Origin: Candidatus Eiseniibacteriota bacterium
Lineage (GTDB): Bacteria; Eisenbacteria; RBG-16-71-46; JABDJR01
DNA length: 64,000 nucleotides
Direction of reading: 5' to 3'
Assembly: GCA_963783375.1 (NCBI GenBank)
Contig: CAWANH010000028.1
Location: 960,001-1,024,000, forward strand
The notes under the pieces were generated by a model. That model saw only the letters and a list, made by a program, of their open reading frames with translations. It searched no databases and was not told the origin of the DNA. Position numbers and translations under genes: made by a program. Position 1 is the first letter of the stretch, and every line of letters starts with the position of its first letter. Positions 25,213 through 35,120 of this stretch are shown here, in pieces.

Positions 25213-27825
25213 TCAGCTCTCCGACCGCACCCCGCCCAGAGCCTCGCGCACCCTGGCGGTGAGGGCCGCCGGGGTGAACGGCTTCTGCAGGAAGCCCACC
25301 CCGGGAGGGAAGTCCTCCTGGTCCACGATGGCGGCGTCGGTGTAGCCCGAGGTGAACAGGATCCTGAGATCCGGCCGGTCCGCGGTCAGCCGTTCCACCA
25401 GCTCGGGTCCGCCCATCCCCGGCATGATCACGTCGGTGAGCAGAAGGTGGATGGGTCCCGGGTGCTCCTGTCCCATGCGGAGCGCGTCCTTGGCCGACGC
25501 CGCGGCCAGCACCCGGTAGCCGGCCTCCTCCAGGAGCTTCTGGATCAGGGTGCGCACCCCATCCTCGTCCTCGGCGAGGAGGATCGTCTCCGCCCCCGGG
25601 GCCTTGGCGATCGCCGCCCGAGGCTCCGGCTTCCCCCTGACTGCGGCATCCACCCGGGGGAGGTAGACCCGGAACTCCGTTCCTTTTCCGGCCTCGCTGG
25701 TGACGCTCACGTGGCCGCCGCTCTGGCGCACGATGCCGTAGACCGTGGAAAGCCCCAGGCCGGTTCCCTTCCCCACTTCCTTGGTGGTGAAGAACGGCTC
25801 GAATACCCGGGCCCGGGTTTCCTCGTCCATCCCCGCTCCGCTGTCGGAGACCGTGAGCATCACGTACGGGCCGGGGACGAGATCCGGGTGGAGCTGGGCA
25901 AAGCGGGCGCCCAGATCCACGTTGCCGGTCTCCAGAATGACCCGTCCGCCTTCGGGCATGGCGTCCCGCGCGTTGACCGCGAGGTTCATGACCACCTGCT
26001 CCACCTGGCCCCGGTCGGCGCGCACCGCTCCCAGGTCGCGGGCCAGCCGGGCCTCCAGAGCGATGTTCTCCGGGATGAGCCGCGCCAGCATGTTCTTCAT
26101 GTCCTCGACCACCGCGTTCAGATCGAGCACCTCGGGTTGGAGAACCTGGCGCCGGCTGAAAGCGAGGAGCTGCTCGGTGAGGATCGCCGCGCGCTCCCCC
26201 GCCTTGCGGATCTCCTCGACGTCGCCCCGGGCCGGATGATCCTCGTCCAACGACTCGAGCACCAGGGCGCTGTAGCCGTTGATGGCGGTGAGGAGGTTGT
26301 TGAAATCGTGCGCGATCCCTCCGGCCAGCCGGCCCACCGCTTCCATCTTCTGGGACTGGCGGAGGCTCGTCTCCAGTCGGCGCCGTTCGGTGACGTCGCG
26401 GAAGCTCCAGACCCGGCCCACCGTCCGCCCGCCCACCTTCTGCGGCCTCGAGTAACGCTCCACGATGCGGCCGTCCACGAATTCCAGGAGGTCGTCGCTC
26501 TCGGCGTCGGGGCTCCGGTAGAGCTCGGCGACCCGGCGCTCGAAGGTGTCGGGGTCCTTGAGCTGGGGGCGGACGAAGGCCAGGGCCTCGGCGTCGATCC
26601 CCTCCGCGTCCACCATCTCGGGAGGGATGCTCCAGAGGTCGAGAAAGCGTCGGTTGTAGCTCACGATCTTCCCGTCCAGGTCCACCACCAGGATGCCGTC
26701 GGTGGTGGATTCCAGGGTGGCGCGGAGGAGGGAGAGCGACGCATCGCTCCGTCGCTCCGACTGCTTGAGCCGGGTGACGTCGGCCAGGTACTCGACCCGC
26801 CCCCCGGCGAAGGTGCCGGTACGGACGGGTTGGCTCCAGTATTCGAGCCATCGCTCCGCGCGCCCGGGGCCGGAGAGGACGTGGAGTTCCAGGGAACGCG
26901 TCGCTTCCCCGGTCTCGTACCCGGCCAGGAGGCGTTCCACCGCGCGGTTTCCGTTCTCCAGGAGATGCGGACCGAGGCGACGGGCGACGACCCGCATGTC
27001 GCGGTTCAGGACCTCGGCCCGCTTCCAGCCCAGGAAGCGCTCGGCCGCCTCGTTCATCCAGACCACGAGGAACCCGGCGTCGAGGACCAGGGTGCCGACG
27101 TCGGAACCCTCCAGCACGTCGTGGGTCAACGATCGATAGCGCCCCTCGCTGGCCTCGAGCGCGGACCGGGTGTCTTCCAGGTCGCGCTGGGCGGACGCGT
27201 AGGCCCGATGGAGAAGGAGGATGGCGAGAGGGATCAGGATGATCACGATGAAGGCGCAGGCCGCCGCCCAGGGGGCCGCCTTGGCCCGCACCTCGGCGGC
27301 TACCTGGCGGGCGGGCAGGTGCACCGCCACCAGGCCGTCCAGCGACTGAAGGTAGGCGTAGGCCACGACCTGATCCATCCCGCTCGCGCTCCGGTTCCGG
27401 CCCACCCAGTTCCGTTTGCCCTCGATCAGCTGTTTCACGGTGGCCGGGGCCCCCCGGCCCACCGGTCCGCTCCAGACCGTTTCCACCGACCGGCCGACCA
27501 GGGAGGAATCGGCGGTGTGGGCGAGGATCGTTCCGCGGTGGTCGATGATGCAGAGAAAGCTCCCCGAGTACCGGGTGCCGGTCGAGCTCCACGAACGCTC
27601 GACCCGCCGGATCGCCGACTCCATGCCCTCGGCGCGGGCGGAGACGTCCGCCTGGCCGGCCAGGGCGCGGGCCAGGGTCAGGTTGTCCTCGTAGATCGTC
27701 TGCAGGAGATCGTCGCGGCTGGTCCGGTAGGCGTAGCCGGCCACGACGGCGCCGGCCGCCAGCGCCAGGGCGCCGACCGCCAGTGCGGTCCAGGCCAGTC
27801 GGAGGGAGCGCGTGGGGGGAATCAT
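25213..27825 (-). CDS. Hybrid sensor kinase (TM-Cache-TM-PAS-PAS-HisKA-HATPase-REC), CckA-like
   Basis: [37 protein letters not shown]; REC LAEDE...LLLTDVIMP...LQKPF. Confidence 0.92.
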   Translation of the reverse strand: MIPPTRSLRLAWTALAVGALALAAGAVVAGYAYRTSRDDLLQTIYEDNLTLARALAGQADVSARAEGMESAIRRVERSWSSTGTRYSGSFLCIIDHRGTILAHTADSSLVGRSVETVWSGPVGRGAPATVKQLIEGKRNWVGRNRSASGMDQVVAYAYLQSLDGLVAVHLPARQVAAEVRAKAAPWAAACAFIVIILIPLAILLLHRAYASAQRDLEDTRSALEASEGRYRSLTHDVLEGSDVGTLVLDAGFLVVWMNEAAERFLGWKRAEVLNRDMRVVARRLGPHLLENGNRAVERLLAGYETGEATRSLELHVLSGPGRAERWLEYWSQPVRTGTFAGGRVEYLADVTRLKQSERRSDASLSLLRATLESTTDGILVVDLDGKIVSYNRRFLDLWSIPPEMVDAEGIDAEALAFVRPQLKDPDTFERRVAELYRSPDAESDDLLEFVDGRIVERYSRPQKVGGRTVGRVWSFRDVTERRRLETSLRQSQKMEAVGRLAGGIAHDFNNLLTAINGYSALVLESLDEDHPARGDVEEIRKAGERAAILTEQLLAFSRRQVLQPEVLDLNAVVEDMKNMLARLIPENIALEARLARDLGAVRADRGQVEQVVMNLAVNARDAMPEGGRVILETGNVDLGARFAQLHPDLVPGPYVMLTVSDSGAGMDEETRARVFEPFFTTKEVGKGTGLGLSTVYGIVRQSGGHVSVTSEAGKGTEFRVYLPRVDAAVRGKPEPRAAIAKAPGAETILLAEDEDGVRTLIQKLLEEAGYRVLAAASAKDALRMGQEHPGPIHLLLTDVIMPGMGGPELVERLTADRPDLRILFTSGYTDAAIVDQEDFPPGVGFLQKPFTPAALTARVREALGGVRSES

Positions 27826-28022
27826 CGAACCTCATGCTCCTGGCCGTGGCCCCGTCCCGGTAGGGGGGGCATGGTGTCGACCCCCGGTTGCGGACTCACC
27901 GTGCCGGGTCCGACCGGAATCGGGAGGGGCCGAGCGCCTCACCCAAAACGTGAATGGATTCTAATCGAAATCCAAAGCATCGGATAGCCCGGGCGCCGGC
28001 CAAGCCGTCCGGGGCCCGGCAA

Positions 28023-29108
28023 TCAGTCCCAGACCCCGGGGATCCGGGCTCCGCACCCGGGGCAGGCGCCGCCGGGTCCGAGCTCGTTCACCAGGATCCG
28101 GAACCCCTGCCGGCGGATCACCGCGCGGCCGCAGGCGTGGCAGCGGGTGTCCTCCCAGGCGTTCACCCGTCCGGGGAGGTTCCCGGCGTAGACGTACTTG
28201 AGCCCGGACGCCGCCCCGATCTCCGCCGCCCGGATCAGCCCCTCGACCCGCGTGTCCCGGTTCCCGCTCATCCTGTAGTCGGCGTGGAAGGCGGTGACGT
28301 GCCAGGGGGTCAGGGGATCGAGGCCGGCCAGCCAACCGGTGAGATCACGGAGTTCCCGGTCGGAGTCGTTGAACCCGGGGACGAGCAGCGTCACCACCTC
28401 CACCCAGAACCCGCGCGCCTTCAGCGCCTCCAGGGTGTCGAGCACGTTTCCGAGCATCGTCCCCAGGGAGCGGTAGGCGCGGTCGGTGAATCCCTTGAGG
28501 TCCACCTTGTAGAGATCGGTGACCGGGCGGAGGAAGTCGAGAACCTCGGGGGTGGCGTTCCCGTTGGAGACGTACCCGGTCCGAAGCCCCTCGCGCCGGG
28601 CGAGCTCGAACACCGCCCGGGCCCATTCCGAAGTGATGAGGGGCTCGTTGTAGGTGCTCACCACCGTCCGCGAGTCCGACTCCACCGCGGCGCGAACCAA
28701 CGCCTCGGCGTTGGTGTCCCTGGGGGGAGCCACGGCGGCGGGATCGCGGAGCGCCTGGCTGGTGATCCAGTTCTGGCAGTACCCGCAATGGAGATCGCAC
28801 CCCAGCATGCCGAAGCTCAGGGCGGTCGAGCCGGGAAGGACGTGAAAGAAGGGCTTCTTCTCGATCGGGTCCACGGCGAGGGCGGCGACGTAGTCGAAGG
28901 GGACGCGGAGCTCACCGTTTCGGTTCGCGCGTACCTTGCAGATCCCCGGCCGCCCCGGGGGGATGCGGCACCGGTGTCCACAGGCGAGGCACCGGAGCCA
29001 GCCGTCCTTTCCCTCCACCGCCCGGACGAGATCGGGCGGGGCGGAAACGGTCCGCGTCCCGAGCGCCTCCTCGAGAGTGGAGGCGGCTTTGGTTGCGTCC
29101 TGGTTCAT
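28023..29108 (-). CDS. amrS: AmmeMemoRadiSam system radical SAM enzyme
   Basis: N-terminal CxxCxxxC...C, DPIEKKP, GCDLHCGYCQN, TYNEP, YVYAGN, C-terminal CxxC pairs. Confidence 0.9.
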   Translation of the reverse strand: MNQDATKAASTLEEALGTRTVSAPPDLVRAVEGKDGWLRCLACGHRCRIPPGRPGICKVRANRNGELRVPFDYVAALAVDPIEKKPFFHVLPGSTALSFGMLGCDLHCGYCQNWITSQALRDPAAVAPPRDTNAEALVRAAVESDSRTVVSTYNEPLITSEWARAVFELARREGLRTGYVSNGNATPEVLDFLRPVTDLYKVDLKGFTDRAYRSLGTMLGNVLDTLEALKARGFWVEVVTLLVPGFNDSDRELRDLTGWLAGLDPLTPWHVTAFHADYRMSGNRDTRVEGLIRAAEIGAASGLKYVYAGNLPGRVNAWEDTRCHACGRAVIRRQGFRILVNELGPGGACPGCGARIPGVWD

Positions 29109-29281
29109 CACCGTCACCTCGATCCGGGCCCGCCAGGGGCCAATTCCAGCTCGTCCATCCAGTGTGTCACTCCGGCCGGCGCGGCGCCAGCCGGGGGGGC
29201 GGTCCGGGGCCGAGGCGTCCGCGAATCGCCCGGACCGGCCCCGGGGGGCCACCCCACCCCCGCTCTGGTATGCTGCCCGCC

Positions 29282-30175
29282 ATGGTGCGGAATCTCCCCG
29301 CTTTGGGGCCCTATCTGGAGCGGTTGGCCGGGGGCTACGGCCCGGATTACCTCCGGACCGATCCCCTGGGGGAAGTGCGCCGCTTCACCGCTCCCGCCGA
29401 TCTCGAGGTGGCGGCCTTTCTCGCCGCCGGGCTCGCCTTCGGCCGGGTGGATCTCATTCTCGCCCACCTTCGCGATCTCTGGGAACGCCTCGATCATGCC
29501 CCCGCCCGGATCGTCGACGGCTGGCGGCCCGCCGACCGGCGCCGCCTCGACGGGTTCGTCCATCGCTGGGTGGGTCCCGACGACCTGGCCCTGGTGCTGG
29601 CCGCCCTCGGTCGGGCCCGCCGGACCCACGGCTCCCTCCGGGCGCTCTTCCTGGAGGGCTACGACCCCGCCGAACCCGACCTGGGTCCCTCGCTCTCGCG
29701 CTTCGTGCGCGCCCTACAAGACCACCTCCGGCGACCCGGCGCCCGCCGGGCCCCGCGCGTGGAGGATCTCCCTCAGGGGATCCGCACATTCTTCGCCGAC
29801 CCCGCCCGCGGGGGGGCGTGCAAGCGATTGAACCTCTACCTCCGATGGATGGTGCGGGCCGACGACGGGGTGGACCTCGGGCTCTTCGCCCCGGTCCGTC
29901 CCGACCAGCTGGTGATCCCCCTCGACACCCACGTGGCCCGGATCAGCCGCTACCTCGGCCTCTCCGGGCGACGGACGCCGGATTGGAAGATGGCCGCCGA
30001 GGTGACGGCGAGCCTCAAGCGCTGGGACGCCGGGGATCCGGTCCGCTTCGACTTTGCGATCTCGCGGTTGGGGATCCTGGGCGATTGCCCGCGGCGGGTC
30101 GATCCGGAGAAGTGCGCGGCCTGCGCCCTGGTCCCGGTCTGCACCCTGGGAAGGAGTCAGCATGGCCGATCCTGA
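29282..30175 (+). CDS. TIGR02757/DUF2400 family protein with C-terminal Cys cluster
   Basis: ACKRLNLYLRWMVR, DLG, IPLDTHV, DPVRFDFAI; Cx8CxxCx5C tail. Confidence 0.88.
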   Translation: MVRNLPALGPYLERLAGGYGPDYLRTDPLGEVRRFTAPADLEVAAFLAAGLAFGRVDLILAHLRDLWERLDHAPARIVDGWRPADRRRLDGFVHRWVGPDDLALVLAALGRARRTHGSLRALFLEGYDPAEPDLGPSLSRFVRALQDHLRRPGARRAPRVEDLPQGIRTFFADPARGGACKRLNLYLRWMVRADDGVDLGLFAPVRPDQLVIPLDTHVARISRYLGLSGRRTPDWKMAAEVTASLKRWDAGDPVRFDFAISRLGILGDCPRRVDPEKCAACALVPVCTLGRSQHGRS

Positions 30176-30980
30176 GCTCATTCCGGTGGAGGACCGCCCC
30201 GCGGTCCTGGTGGTGGCCGGCCTCGATCCATCCGGCGGCGCGGGGATCCTCACCGACGCCGCGGTGATCCGGGCCTTCGATCTCCATCCGGTGACCGTGC
30301 TCACCGCGGTGGCGGCGCAGAATACCGCCCGCCTGGGACGCCGATTCGATCTCCCCCCCGCCGTGCTCCAGGATCAGCTCACCCTTCTGAGCGAGGAGTT
30401 CCTTCTGGGGGCGGTGAAGACCGGCATGCTCGCCACCGCGGCCACCGTCGAGGTGCTGGCCGCCTGGCTCGCCGGGCGGCCCCGGCTCCCCCTGGTCCTC
30501 GATCCGGTGCTTCGCACCACCAGCGGCGGCGCCCTGGGGGAGCCCGCGCTTCTGGACGCGGTGAAGCGCGCGCTTCTTCCCCGGGCCCGAGTGGTCACCC
30601 CGAACCTGGAGGAGGCCTCGGCCCTGACCGGAACCCCGGTGGCCGACCGCGATCGCATCCCCGACCAGGCCCGGGCGATCCGGGACCTGGGCCCGGAGTG
30701 GGTGCTGATCAAGGGGGGGCATCTTCCCCGGGGTCGCGCCTCGGACTACCTGGCCGGACCCGACGTCGCGCTGTGGCTGGAAGAGGATCGTTCCGGTCGT
30801 TCGGTGCGGGGGACGGGATGCGCCCTGGCTTCGGCCCTGGCCGCCGGCCTGGCCCGGGGGGAGGGCGTCGCCGACGCCGCCCGTGGGGCCAAGACCCTGG
30901 TGGTCCGCGCCATCGAGGCCTCCTACGTGGCGGGCCAGGGACGCTATCTCAACCTCGAAAGCCGAAACCGGACGGAATGA
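30162..30980 (+). CDS. thiD: Hydroxymethylpyrimidine/phosphomethylpyrimidine kinase-like (ThiD/PdxK family)
   Basis: AGLDPSGGAGI..D, AVKTGML, LDPV, TPNLEEA, IKGGH, RGTGC. Confidence 0.82.
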   Translation: MADPELIPVEDRPAVLVVAGLDPSGGAGILTDAAVIRAFDLHPVTVLTAVAAQNTARLGRRFDLPPAVLQDQLTLLSEEFLLGAVKTGMLATAATVEVLAAWLAGRPRLPLVLDPVLRTTSGGALGEPALLDAVKRALLPRARVVTPNLEEASALTGTPVADRDRIPDQARAIRDLGPEWVLIKGGHLPRGRASDYLAGPDVALWLEEDRSGRSVRGTGCALASALAAGLARGEGVADAARGAKTLVVRAIEASYVAGQGRYLNLESRNRTE

Positions 30981-32176
30981 GGTCCCGGGCCCTTCCGCCG
31001 CTCGCCCGGCTCTGCATCGCCGCCTTCCTCGCCGACATGGCCCTCTACCTCACCATGACCGGCGCCCCCTACAAGGCTCTCGCCCTGGGGGCGGGTCCGC
31101 TGGTTCTGGGACTCCTCCCCGCCGCCCGCGCCCTTCCCTACAGCCTGAGCACGGTGTGGGCGGGGGGCCTAACCGAGGGCCGGGAGCGGCTCCGCCTGGC
31201 CCGTTGGAGCCTGGTGGTCGGGGGGTTGGCGGTGGCCGCGTTGATCCTCGCCCCGGGAATCGGCCCCCTCTTCGCGGTGCTGGCGGTCCTGGGAACGGCC
31301 TTGGCCTTCTTCTGGCCCGCGGTCCAGGCCACCCTGGCCGACATCGCCGACCGCGAGACCGTGCACGGGCATCTCGGCTGGTTCAACGTGGCCTGGAGCC
31401 TGGGGAAGGGGTGCGGGTTCCTGGCCGGGGGGTTCCTCCTGGCCGGGCTCGGCTTCGCCGCCGTCTTCGCCGCCTCGGCGGGGGCGTTGTTGGTGGTGGC
31501 GGCCCTGGTCACCACGCTCCGGGTCCGCCCCCTCACGGCCTCGGCGCGCGCCCACCCCGAGGCCCCGGCGCCGGCCACGGCCGGCGGGGGCGATCGCGAG
31601 GTGTCCCCCGCCCGCGCCCGACGGTTCCGGCTCGCGGCCTGGACGGCCAACGGCATCGCCTTCGGGGTGGTGGCCGTGCTCAACACCCACTACCCCAACT
31701 GGCTCGAGGTGATCGGGCGGGGGGAGAGTGTGTTCGGCGCCTTCCTCGGCCTCATCTTCTTCTCCCAGACCGCGGTGTTCGGGATCCTCATGCGGTTCTC
31801 GGGCTGGCGCTACCGGGCGGGACCGCTCCTCTGGTCCCAGGTCCCCCTGATCGGGACCCTGGCTGTTCTCCCGTGGATCCGGAATCCGGCGGTCATCCTG
31901 GCCACCGCCCCCCTCATCGGGATGGGGTTGGGGACGGCCTACTTCGCCAGCCTCTTCTACTCGGTGGACGAGCCCGGCCGGAGGGGGCGCTACGCGGGGG
32001 TCCATGAGATGCTCCTGGGACTGGGTTCCCTGGCCCTTCCCATCCTGGGGGGGTGGGCGGCGGAGGCCACCGGGCGGCTCCAGGCCCCCTATCTCTTTGC
32101 CGCGGCAGTGGCTATCGTATCGGTGGTGTTCCAGGCGGCGCTCCTGGGGGCGGTTCCGGGGCGGCGGGCGGCGTGA
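30977..32176 (+). CDS. MFS transporter
   Basis: About 12 TM segments in a 6+6 arrangement with a central loop; ATGA overlap with thiD. Confidence 0.82.
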   Translation: MRSRALPPLARLCIAAFLADMALYLTMTGAPYKALALGAGPLVLGLLPAARALPYSLSTVWAGGLTEGRERLRLARWSLVVGGLAVAALILAPGIGPLFAVLAVLGTALAFFWPAVQATLADIADRETVHGHLGWFNVAWSLGKGCGFLAGGFLLAGLGFAAVFAASAGALLVVAALVTTLRVRPLTASARAHPEAPAPATAGGGDREVSPARARRFRLAAWTANGIAFGVVAVLNTHYPNWLEVIGRGESVFGAFLGLIFFSQTAVFGILMRFSGWRYRAGPLLWSQVPLIGTLAVLPWIRNPAVILATAPLIGMGLGTAYFASLFYSVDEPGRRGRYAGVHEMLLGLGSLALPILGGWAAEATGRLQAPYLFAAAVAIVSVVFQAALLGAVPGRRAA

Positions 32177-32262
32177 GGCCGCGCCCGCCGGAACAGGGGG
32201 CGCCGGGCGGGGTATCAAGGGCAGAGGATATGGGCCGAGCACATCGTGTGGAGGGAGGTCTC

Positions 32263-32685
32263 ATGCGGCGACTGATGCGGCTTTGGCGGCCGGTGGCGTT
32301 TCTGGCCGCGGCGTTTCTGGGCGGGATGGCCGGTTCGGCGCTCCTCCGGCCGGAAGCCCCCCAGGCCGGGATGGTGGAGTTCGGCGGGGGGAGCGACAAG
32401 CCCGGGCTGGTGGGCACGTTCGGGGTGGGTGGGGTGATGACCTGGGAAGGGGATCTCTGGCAGTACCGCCCGGACAAGAAGAGCTGGGTCACCCTGGACG
32501 AGTCCTTTGCCCTCGAGGGCCAGCCCACCAAGGTGGTGCCTCTCCCGGTCAAACCCGCGGAGATCCGGAACATGGAGACCTTCGGGTTCCTGGTCACGCG
32601 GGACGACGAGTGCTGGCTCTACGACATCGACCAGCAGCGCTGGGAGGACGTCGGGAAGCCCCCCTTCCACGCGCGAGGGCGATGA
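32263..32685 (+). CDS. Hypothetical exported protein (140 aa) with duplicated beta-hairpin motif
   Basis: GGAGG RBS; signal-like N-terminus; GDLWQYRPDKKSW and DECWLYDIDQQRW. Confidence 0.7.
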   Translation: MRRLMRLWRPVAFLAAAFLGGMAGSALLRPEAPQAGMVEFGGGSDKPGLVGTFGVGGVMTWEGDLWQYRPDKKSWVTLDESFALEGQPTKVVPLPVKPAEIRNMETFGFLVTRDDECWLYDIDQQRWEDVGKPPFHARGR

Positions 32686-32798
32686 GCGGAGCTCCGGGAC
32701 GCCGGATGCGATATACTGACCTTGAGGCGGTCCCGCTACACGAGCGGGAACGCGGCACGGATTCGGGGCCGATCCCAAGCAGCTGAGGAGGTGTCCTC

Positions 32799-33838
32799 AT
32801 GAGACACGCACTATTCCTGTTCGGGCTGGTCATCACGACCGCGCTCGCGGCGGCGGCCCCCGCCCGGGCGGTCACCGTGGACGACGTCAAGGGCCTGGCC
32901 CGCGCCGGGGCCAGCGAGAAGATCATTCTGGCCAAGATCGACGCCGACGGCACGGTCTTCCATCTCACCGTGGACGAGATCCTGGCCCTCCGCCAGGCCG
33001 GGGTGAGCGATCCGGTGATCACCTACATGATCAACACCGGCAAGGGGAGCGCCGCCGAAGAGCCCGCTCCCGCGGCCGTCCAGGACCAAGGGACCTACGA
33101 CCAGAACGCGTCCGGCGATTACTCGACCGGCGGGTACGCGGACGGCGGCTACGACACGGGGTATCAGAGCGGGTTGGACAGCCGGTACCGCGGAAACGTC
33201 TCGGTCTCGTTCGGCTACTACTACCCGCACTGGCCGGGCTACGCCTACTCGTACTACTACGACCCGTTCTGGTGGCCCAGCATGTCCTACTACTACTGCT
33301 ACTGGCAGCCGTACCCGTACTCCTACTGGTACTACGACCCGTGGTACCGCTGGAACGCCGGGGTCTCCTGGTACTGGTATCCCCGCGACCGCGACCGCTA
33401 CGGCCGGGGTCACCACGACTACTACGCCCGGGCCGAAAAGGGCCGGCACGTCGGGGACCGGGGGGGAGCTCGGGCTATGGCCGGGCCTACAAGAACGGAA
33501 ACCGGTCCGGGAATCCGCCGGTCTACAACGGGAACCGGCGGGTGTTGAAGACCCCCACGCCGGACCGGCGGGCGCCGGTCGTGCGCGGACGCGTGACGAA
33601 GCCGTCACGCCCCTCGGTGCAGGGCGGGAACCGTCTCCGCACACCGGATCAACCCGTTCGCCAGGTGAAGCCGACCCCCAAGCCCAGCCAATCGAATCCC
33701 GGTCGCGAGGTGAAGCCCGGGCGGGGATCGGAGCGGCGGTACGAGCCCGCCCCCCGTCCCTCCCGGAGCCGGGAGTCCGGCCGGGGTTCGGCGCGGCCGA
33801 GCCCATCCCGGCAGAGCCGAAGCCGGAAGTCCGGGTAA
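32799..33838 (+). CDS. Exported Tyr/Trp-rich low-complexity protein with Arg/Pro/Ser tail, frameshifted at G7 33460-33466
   Basis: GAGGAGG RBS; signal peptide; two helical repeats (L.RAGASE, LRQAGVSD); adding one G joins ORF 32799 to the tail ending at TAA 33838. Confidence 0.68.
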
Positions 33839-34056
33839 ACGAAGCACTTCGGGAGCCGGGGTTCACCTTGACCCCGGAAATGCAGGACAATGCGAAGCCG
33901 ATCGGAGCCATTCTTCGATCGGCCTCGTTTTGAGTCGAGGCCGGGGCCGTGCCGGCGCGCGGGAGCGCCCAGCGCCCCGGGCCTTCATCGGTGGAGCGAT
34001 GCCGGCGGCGATCCCGCCGCCCGCGCTCGGGGCCGACCCCGGCGGAGAGGAGACGG

Positions 34057-34842
34057 ATGGACGGCACGACGTCCGGACTGCGATTGAGCGCGGTGATCCC
34101 GGTTCACGACGAAAAGGACAACCTCGCTCCCCTGGTCGAGGAACTGATCCGCGAACTGGACCGGGTCGGGACCCCCTACGAGATCCTTCTGGTGGACGAC
34201 GGGAGCACCGACGGATCGGGTGAGGTCATGGACCAACTGGTCCGCGGGCGCCCCCAGCTTCGATGCCTCCATCTGGAGCGGAACCGCGGCCAGAGCGCCG
34301 CCCTGGGCGCCGGTTTCGAGGCGGCCGGCGGAGACTACATCGTCACCCTCGACGCCGATCTCCAGAACGATCCCGCCGACATCGCCCGGCTCATGGAGTG
34401 GATCCCCCAGTTCGACATGGTGGCCGGATTCCGGCGGAAGCGCCGCGACAACCGGCTTCGCCGGGTGAGCAGCGTGGTGGCCAACCGGGTCCGAAGCGCC
34501 ATCCTCGGCGACGGCATCCGCGATACCGGCTGCTCCCTGAAGCTCTTCCGACGCGACCTCACGCCGCGCATGCCGCGGCTGAACGGGATGCACCGCTTCA
34601 TGCCCCTCCTGATCCAGCTCCAGGGGGGGACGGTGACCCAGGTGCCGGTGAACCATCGCCCCCGGACGGCGGGAGAATCCAAGTACAACGTGAAGAACCG
34701 TCTCTTCCGGGGCATTCTGGATCTCTTCGGAATGTGGTGGGTGAAGCGCCGCTTCGTGAACTACGCGGTCAGCTACGAGGCCTCGGGCGCGGCTTCCGGC
34801 CGGCCCGGTCGCAAGTCGGGCGTCAGGGAGGACAACCCGTGA
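34057..34842 (+). CDS. GT2 polyprenol-phosphate glycosyltransferase (DPM1/ArnC-like)
   Basis: VIPVHDE, VDDGSTDGS, RNRGQSAAL, LDADLQNDP, DTGCSLK, MHRF. Confidence 0.9.
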   Translation: MDGTTSGLRLSAVIPVHDEKDNLAPLVEELIRELDRVGTPYEILLVDDGSTDGSGEVMDQLVRGRPQLRCLHLERNRGQSAALGAGFEAAGGDYIVTLDADLQNDPADIARLMEWIPQFDMVAGFRRKRRDNRLRRVSSVVANRVRSAILGDGIRDTGCSLKLFRRDLTPRMPRLNGMHRFMPLLIQLQGGTVTQVPVNHRPRTAGESKYNVKNRLFRGILDLFGMWWVKRRFVNYAVSYEASGAASGRPGRKSGVREDNP

Positions 34843-35120
34843 ACACCTGGATCGTCATCGGCTTTCTCGGACAGCTCTTCTTCTCCGCCCGGTTCCTGGT
34901 GCAGTGGATCGTCTCGGAGATGCGGCAGGAGAGCGTGATCCCCGGGGCCTTCTGGGTCCTGAGCCTGGGCGGGGGAGCCATCCTCACCGCCTACGCGATC
35001 TACCGGCAGGACCCGGTGTTCATCGTGGGCCAGGGAGCGGGACTCTTCGTCTACGTTCGGAACATCATGCTGATCCGCCGCAAGCGCCGGGCGGACAAAG
35101 CCGCCGCGCTCGTTGCCTGA
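34839..35120 (+). CDS. Lipid-A-disaccharide synthase N-terminal domain (LAB_N) protein
   Basis: GFLGQLFFSARFLVQWIVSE....SVIP..FW..S...YAIYRQDPVFI.GQ; GTGA overlap with GT2. Confidence 0.88.
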   Translation: MNTWIVIGFLGQLFFSARFLVQWIVSEMRQESVIPGAFWVLSLGGGAILTAYAIYRQDPVFIVGQGAGLFVYVRNIMLIRRKRRADKAAALVA

